Notes under the pieces: model-generated
Database searches by the model: none
What the model was told of the DNA's origin: nothing
What the model saw: only the letters and a program-made list of their open reading frames with translations
Origin: Macrostomum lignano
Lineage: Eukaryota
Assembly (NCBI GenBank): GCA_002269645.1
Contig: NIVC01001769.1
Location: forward strand, 124,001-188,000
Direction of reading: 5' to 3'
DNA: 64,000 nucleotides
In this document: piece after piece, positions 57,801 to 64,000 of the stretch
How positions within the stretch are numbered: the first letter of the stretch is position 1
Layout of the letters: each line of letters opens with the position of its first letter
Program-made: the position numbers and the translations under genes

Positions 57801-60800
57801 CGCTAAAATGAGTGCCCGTGGCGCTAAAATGAGTGCCCGTGGCGCTAAAATGAGTGCCTGAGGCGCTAAAATGAGTGCCCGTGGCGCTAAAATGAGTGCT
57901 CGTGGCGCTAAAATGAGTGCCTGAGGCGCTAAAATGAGTGCCTGAGGCGCTAAAATGAGTGCCTGCGGCGCTAAAATGAGTGCCTGCGGCGCTAAAATGA
58001 GTGCCCGTGGCGCTAAAATGAGTGCCTGAGGCGCTAAAATGAGTACCTGCGGCGCTAAAATGAGTGCTTTCGGCGCTAAAATGAGTGCCTGAGGCGCTAA
58101 AATGAGTGCCCGTGGCGCTAAAATGAGTGCTTTCGGCGCTAAAATGAGTGCTTTCGGCGCTAAAATGAGTGCCTGAGGCGCTAAAATGAGTGCCTTCGGC
58201 TCTAAAATGAGTGCCTTCGGCGCTAAAATGAGTGCCTGAGGCGCTAAAATGAGTACCTGAGGCGCTAAAATGAGTGTCTGAGGCGCTAAAATGAGTGCCT
58301 GCGGCGCTAAAATGAGTGCCTGAGGCGGTAAAATGAGTGCCTGCGGCGCTAAAATGGTGCCTGCGGCGCCAAAATGAGTGCCTTCGTCGCTAAAATGAGT
58401 GCCTGAGGCGCTAAAATGAGTGCCTGAGGCGCTAAAATGAGTGCCTGAGGCGCTAAAATGAATGCCTGCGGCGCTAAAATGGTGCCTGCGGCGCCAAAAT
58501 GAGTGCCTTCGGCGCTAAAATGAGTGCCTGCGGCGCTAAAATGAGTGCCTTCGGCGCTAAAATGAGTGCCTGAGGCGCTAAAATGAGTGCCTGCGACGCT
58601 AAAATGAGTGCCCGTGGCGCTAAAATGAGTGCTCGTGGCGCTAAAATGAGTGCCCGTGGCGCTAAAATGAGTGCCCGTGGCGCTAAAATGAGTGCCTGAG
58701 GCGCTAAAATGAGTGCCTGAGGCGCTAAAATGAGTGCCTGAGGCGCTAAAATGAGTGCCTGAGGCGGTAAAATGAGTGCCTGCGGCGCTAAAATGAGTGC
58801 CTGCGGCGCTAAAATGAGTGCTTTCGGCGCTAAAATGAGTGCCTGAGGCGCTAAAATGAGTGCCTGAGGCGCTAAAATGAGTGCCTGAGGCGCTAAAATG
58901 AGTGCCTTCGGCGCTAAAATGAGTGCCTTCGGCGCTAAAATGAGTGCCTGCGGCGCTAAAATGAGTGCCTGAGGCGCTAAAATGAGTGCCTGCGGCGCTA
59001 AAATGAGTGCCTTCGGCGCTAAAATGAGTGCCTTCGGCGCTAAAATGAGTGCCTGAGGCGCTAAAATGAGTACCTGAGGCGCTAAAATGAGTGCCTGAGG
59101 CGCTAAAATAAGTGCCTTCGGCGCTAAAATGAGTGCCTGAGGCGGTAAAATGAGTGCCTGCGGCGCTAAAATGGTGCCTGCGGCGCCAAAATGAGTGCCT
59201 TCGTCGCTAAAATGAGTGCCTGAGGCGCTAAAATGAGTGCCTGCGGCGCTAAAATGAGTGCCCGTGGCGCTAAAATGAGTGCCTGTGGCGCTAAAATGAG
59301 TGCCCGTGGCGCTAAAATGAGTGCCTTCGGCGCTAAAATGAATGCCTGCGGCGCCAAAATGAGTGCCCGTGGCGCTAAATTGTGTGCTTACAACACCGAT
59401 TCTGAAAATAATGTTAAGGTAGGAACTTAGTTATGTACATGCATAATTGTTGGCTTCGCACCCCCCGCCCCACCATAAAATCAATGGCGATGCCCTGAGA
59501 AGCGCAATGTCGAACATAGAAGATTCATTTGGGAATTGCTACAATGCCAAGGCTTGGTGTGAATCGCTATAATGCTGTGACTCTTGGGGAGAATTACTGA
59601 AATTTCTAGGCTTACGGTGAAAGAATTGCTGATCGATGTCACGGATTTAGGGTTAGGGTTAGGAGTATTGCTGAGATGTCAAGGCTCACGGGGGATTGTT
59701 GAGATGTCAAAGCTCATGGGGGGTATAGCTGAGCTGTCAAGACTGTCAAGAAGCTACGAGCGTACATGTAGTTTATACAAAAATTCGTATTCCATTCATT
59801 GTTGGCTCCCAAACAGGGGGCGCTGATTGCTAGTCCTATATACTAAAAATTTTTGTGTCGAAAAGTGAGCTTCGAACTTTAAATAAGCCAGAGCCGAGGT
59901 TTCTGAGTATTCGTTATCAAGGACAATAACTTCACCCGTGATCTGGCTTCGGCGTAAAAAATCCCTACTCTGACTACAGTGTTCTAAATAAATCTTGTTT
60001 AATTAGTTCTCAAACTTGGACTTAATTTATCAACATACCTGTATATTTTTTTCAGTTCATTTTCAACCGCAGATTTATATTTGTCAACAACAGTCGAGCC
60101 GTCGTCTCGATAGAACAGCACAAACAATGGCAGGCCTTCCTCAGTGATCGCTTCAGCATTTTCGAAGGTTAATTCTCGAACAATGGGCATGCATTTTTGA
60201 AAGGCCAAACGTTTCAAAGCGATTTCTTCTATGTAGTCTAGACTGATCTGCGTAGCCATGTCTGTCTGCAGGTTTTTAGGGTGGTTTTATTGCGACTTCA
60301 GAATAGGGGCTGATTAATGGGGTGAGTTTTTTTGCAACCCCAGAATAGGGGCTGATTAATGGGTGAGTTTTATTGCAACCCCAGAATAGGGGCTGATTAA
60401 TGGGGTGAGTTTTATTGCAACCCCAGAATAGGGCCTGATTATTGGGGTGAATTTTATTGCAACCCCAGAATAGGGGCTGATTAATGGGGTGAGTTTTATT
60501 GCGACCCAAGAATAGGGGCTGATTAATGGGGTGAGTTTTATTGCGACCCCAGAATAGGAGGCTTATAAAAAAACTGCTTGATTGAGGTTGATTTATTGCA
60601 ACGCCATATAATGGGGGTTGATTACCAAAAAAGGATCAAACGATACAAGCAAGTTGCTTTCATTAAAAAAGGATTCACTCACCCCTCTCTGATAGACAAC
60701 ACTTTCTGGTTCATCTTTTTCTCTGTAATTAAAACAGAAAGTCTGGTTTGTCTATTGTCTATACTACTTCAAATGAGTAAGCAGTATGGAATTTAAAACA

Positions 60801-63800
60801 CCGACTAGAACCTACCCAATGAAAAGAGTTCTGGAAAATTCTTAGTGTTTACGATTGGCTTTTTTAAACAGTAAGAAAATATAATGCGCTATTTTATATA
60901 AACAGTTAACGCAGGCCCCGACCAACTTCCTGAGTCATGTTTGAATCAAACTGATCGATACTCAGGCTAATAAAAACTGCCTTACATCCGGCCTCTTCGA
61001 TTTACGACTCAAATCTGTTTCAAGGCTTGGACTCGAAAAATGACAAGCAGCTACAAACAGAATGCAATGGGGAATAGAAGGGCTGAGGTTTCTACGGCTG
61101 CTGTCTTTTTATCGCTTGCTCTCCTCTCCCTGATCTCTCTCCTCTTTCTCCTAGATCTCTCTCCTCTCTCTCCTAGATCTCTCTCCTCTCTCTTCTAGAT
61201 CTCTCTCCTCTTTCTCCTAGATCTCTCTCCTCTCTCTCCTAGATCTCTCTCCTCTCTCTCCTAGATCTCTCTTCTCTCTCTTCTAGATCTCTCTTCTAGA
61301 TCTCTCTCCTCTCTCGTCTAGATCTCTCTTCTCTCTCTTCTAGATCTCTCTTCTAGATCTCTCTTCTCTCTCTTCTAGATCTCTCTCCTCTCTCTCCTAG
61401 ATCTCTCTTCTCTCTCTTCTAGATCTCTCTCCTCTCTCTCCTAGATCTCTCTTCTCTCTCTTCTAGATCTCTCTTCTCTCTCTCCTAGATCTCTCTCCTC
61501 TCTCTCCTAGATCTCTCCTCTCTTCACTAGATTTCTCCTCTCACTTCTAGATCTCTCTCCTCTCTCTCTCCTAGATCTCTCCTCTCTCCCCTAGATCTCT
61601 CCTCTCTCTCCTAAATCTCTCTCCTCTTTCCCCTAGATCTCTCTCCTCTCTCCCCTAGATCTCTCCTCTCTCCCCTAGATCTCTCTTCTCTCTCTTCTAG
61701 ATCTTTCTCCTCTCTCCCCTAAATCTCTTTCCTCTTTCCCCTAGATGTCTCTCCTCTCTCCCTTAGATCTCTCTCCTCTCTCCCTTAGATCTCTCTCCTC
61801 TCTCTCTTAGATCTCTCTCCTCTCTCTTCTAGATCTCTCCTTTCTCGACTAAATCTCTCTTCTCTCTCCCCCGAACATATTGCTATTGCAGTGATGTTTC
61901 CTAGCCCTGACATTTCTACTGTCAGTAATGTATATAATTATAATAATTTGTTTCTTTAAAAATCACTGCAACTCAATAAAGTCCGGCCAATAGCTAGTCG
62001 CGCACCCAACAATGGCCAAGAAGACGCATTCCTCATCACGGAGCAGTTCGGCCACTCGCAGGAAGGTGTCCAGACCGGCGGAATCGTTGCTGCGGAAACG
62101 GCCAATCATGGCTTTCTGCCGAGGTTCCACAGGAACCTGACTGTCCGAGACAGGAGCTGCGAGCCGAGTCAGAGAATCGGACAGCTGAGCTCGGACAAAT
62201 TCTTTGATTGCGTCCACTGAGCGTTGGCCGCGGTATTCAAGGCGCACTGATGCACCGTAGCTGCGGTTTGGGTGGAATCGTATTTAGCGAGGGTTTTGAC
62301 GAGTTGCGAGAACTTGAAGGTTGGGATCTGGGGATCTTTATTGTGGGATCTGTTGACTTAGGGATCTTTATTGTGGGATCTGTTGACTTGGGGATCTTTA
62401 TTGTGGGATCTGTAGACCTGGGGATCTGGATTGTGGGATCTGTAGACCTGGGGATCTGGATTGTGGGATCTGTAGACCTGGGGATCTGGATTGTGGGATC
62501 TGTAGACCTGGGGATCTTGATTGTGGGATCTGTAGACCTGGGGATCTGGATGGTGGGATCTGTAGACCTGGGGATCTGGATTGTGGGATCTGCAGACCTG
62601 GGGATCTGGATTGTGGGATCTGTAGACCTGGGGATCTTGATTGTGGGATCTGTAGACCTGGGGATCTGGATGGTGGGATCTGTAGACCTGGGGATCTGGA
62701 TTGTGGGATCTGCAGACCTGGGGATCTGGATTGTGGGATCTGTAGACCTGGGGATCTGGATTGTGGGATCTGTAGACCTAAGATCTGGATTGTGGGATCT
62801 GTAGACCTGGGGATCTGGATTGTAGGATATGTAGATCTAGGGTTCAGGAATCAGGATCTGGGAGGATTTGGGATCCGGGATCTGGGCTCCGTAATCTAGA
62901 TTCCCAATACAACGCACCGGAAAATCTTCATAGTCGGATACTTCATCACCCCGTGCCGCTTTGCCAGCTCCGGCTCTGCGTCACCGTCCACCCTGGCGAA
63001 GGTGAGTAGGCTGGGATCCGGGTACTCGGTCTCCAACTCCTTAGCTGCCCGATCAATTATCGGCTTCAGCGATTGACTGTGCGGGCACCAGTCCACGTGG
63101 AAACTCACGAATGACAGCCTGGGGGTGGCTTTTAAAGGGGATTTTTGTTCGGTTGCTAGGGCGTTCAGAGTTAAGGACTTTAATCCCAATGGGATCAAAT
63201 ATATTGAGGATTCAAATCCCAATGGGATCAAATATATTAAGGACTCTAATCCCAATGGGATCAAATATGTTGAGGATTCTAATCCCAATGGGATCAAATA
63301 TGTTGAGGATTCTAATCCCAATGGGATCAAATATATTGAAGATTCTAATCCCAATGGGATCAAATATGTTGAGGATTCTAATCCCAATGGGATCAAATAT
63401 GTTGAGGATTCTAATCCCAATGGGATCAAATATATTGAGGATTCTAATCCCAATGGGATCAAATATGTTGAGGATTCTAATCCCAATGGGATCAAATATA
63501 TTGAGGATTATAATCCCAATGGGATCAAATATATTGAGGATTATAATCCCAATGGGATCAAATATATTGAGGATTATAATCCCAATGGGATCAAATATAT
63601 TGAGGACTCTAATCCCAATGGGATCAAATATGTTGAGGATTCTAATCCCAATAGGCTAGAATATTGAGAAATTGGAATCACGAATCACGGATTACACCCA
63701 AAATGGAACATACAGCATCAAACTTCTCAAAGTATTAGCTGAAGTTATTGCCAGATAAATTTTTTGTCTCACCCAAGGTGCGCTTAAAATTGGATTCAGT

Positions 63801-63881
63801 CAGCTCCAAAATCGCGGCAGATGTACTAGAAAATGCTACACTTAAAGACAGCAACATAACGACCAACAATGCTTGACTCAT
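54852..63881 (-). CDS. ERP44: ERp44-like ER thioredoxin-domain protein (signal peptide, CxxS, C-terminal REEL); one apparent extra base at 60046-60052
   Basis: Exons (-) 63773-63881, 62918-63128, 62006-62260, 60683-60722, 60039-60265 and 54852-55186. Motifs: MSQALLVVMLLSL signal; FHVDWCPHSQSL; FARVDGD; KYPTMKIFR-YGASVRLEYRGQRSV; KCMPIVRELTFENAEAITEEGLPLFVLF; INFL...PLIAIDSFQHIYAF...FIEDLLSGELHR...FRRLAPSESRYSFVREEL. Summed length 1177 nt = 3n+1. Confidence 0.92.
55395..56527 (+). mobile_element. Solo LTR (1133 bp)
   Basis: TGTAAT...GTAACA termini; 4-bp duplication CGAT at 55391-55394 and 56528-56531. CCAAT at 55466, 55524 and 55585, TATAAA at 55611, AATAAA at 55634. Internal 45-46-bp tandem repeat at ~55755-56105. 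Confidence 0.72.
56637..59385 (+). repeat. 21-bp minisatellite (2.75 kb) with 839-bp higher-order duplication
   Basis: GCGCTAAAATGAGTGCCTGAG; rare variants recur exactly 839 bp apart. Confidence 0.97.
60278..60555 (+). repeat. 42-bp minisatellite (ERp44 intron)
   Basis: GCAACCCCAGAATAGGGGCTGATTAATGGGGTGAGTTTTATT. Confidence 0.93.
61130..61865 (+). repeat. CT-rich TAGATCT-core satellite (ERp44 intron)
   Basis: CTAGATCTCTCTCCTCTCTCTC units, same family as 39345-40230 and 41985-45010. Confidence 0.93.
62322..62830 (+). repeat. 30-bp minisatellite (ERp44 intron)
   Basis: GGGATCTGGATTGTGGGATCTGTAGACCTG. Confidence 0.95.
63180..63655 (+). repeat. 33-bp minisatellite (ERp44 intron 1)
   Basis: AATCCCAATGGGATCAAATATATTGAGGATTCT, with internal palindrome ATCCCA-A-TGGGAT. 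Confidence 0.95.
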
Positions 63882-64000
63882 CTTCACAGCTCGTCACAAA
63901 TTTGTTTTGGGGAGCAGAAAAGTCTGAACGTAAGAAATCGCAACTCCCTAATTATTTGAATTGCCGCCTTACTGATTTATCAATTAAGTGTATTAAAACA

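Larger units (their letters stand above)
55359..59497. mobile_element. hAT-type non-autonomous element hosting a solo LTR and a satellite array
   Basis: Termini CAGGGGCGTCGCCA and TGGCGATGCCCTG (imperfect inverted repeat). Flanks AGAAGCGT (55351-55358) and AGAAGCGC (59498-59505) form an 8-bp target duplication with one mismatch. Confidence 0.75.

Noticed and set aside
59645-59665. Interstitial telomere (TTAGGG x2-3; also ~55244)
   Set aside because: Too short to be significant; the 55244 copy reads CCTAAC on the sense strand near an acceptor and may just be a branch-point-like sequence.
62208-63667. Plus-strand ORFs with perfect 10-aa and 11-aa repeats (GIWIVGSVDL, NPNGIKYIEDS)
   Set aside because: 30- and 33-bp minisatellites lying in ERp44 introns; in-frame only because the unit length is divisible by 3.

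Overview
Eukaryotic (animal) genomic DNA with repeat-stuffed introns. The style (GC-rich exons, a minisatellite in nearly every intron) resembles a flatworm such as Macrostomum, but that is inference only. (1) 1-9059 is the right-hand part of a decayed Polinton/Maverick (adintovirus-like) element. It holds fragments of protein-primed PolB, integrase, major capsid protein and packaging ATPase, plus conserved accessory ORFs. A DEDD-like gene is split by an integrase-only Ty3/gypsy element (205-bp LTRs, CATGG target duplication). Two accessory ORFs are still open and converge: an intronless TBP-fold protein and a PC4/Sub1-like protein. The element ends in ...ACTACT at 9059; its left end is outside the window. 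(2) Three host genes were reconstructed by splice phase and homology: an srGAP-like F-BAR/RhoGAP/SH3 gene (+, 14793-24386, first exon not found), an LHFPL/TMEM211-like gene (+, two exons, 11-kb intron) and a complete ERp44-like gene (-, six exons, one extra base in a homopolymer). (3) There are about 30 tandem arrays, a tRNA-derived SINE with a 13-bp target duplication, a hAT-type non-autonomous element containing a solo LTR and a 21-bp satellite, and two cases of inverted satellite arrays flanking unique sequence. The best candidate for an undescribed system is the Polinton-borne TBP + PC4 transcription module. All homology calls come from motif recognition by eye; no searches were run.
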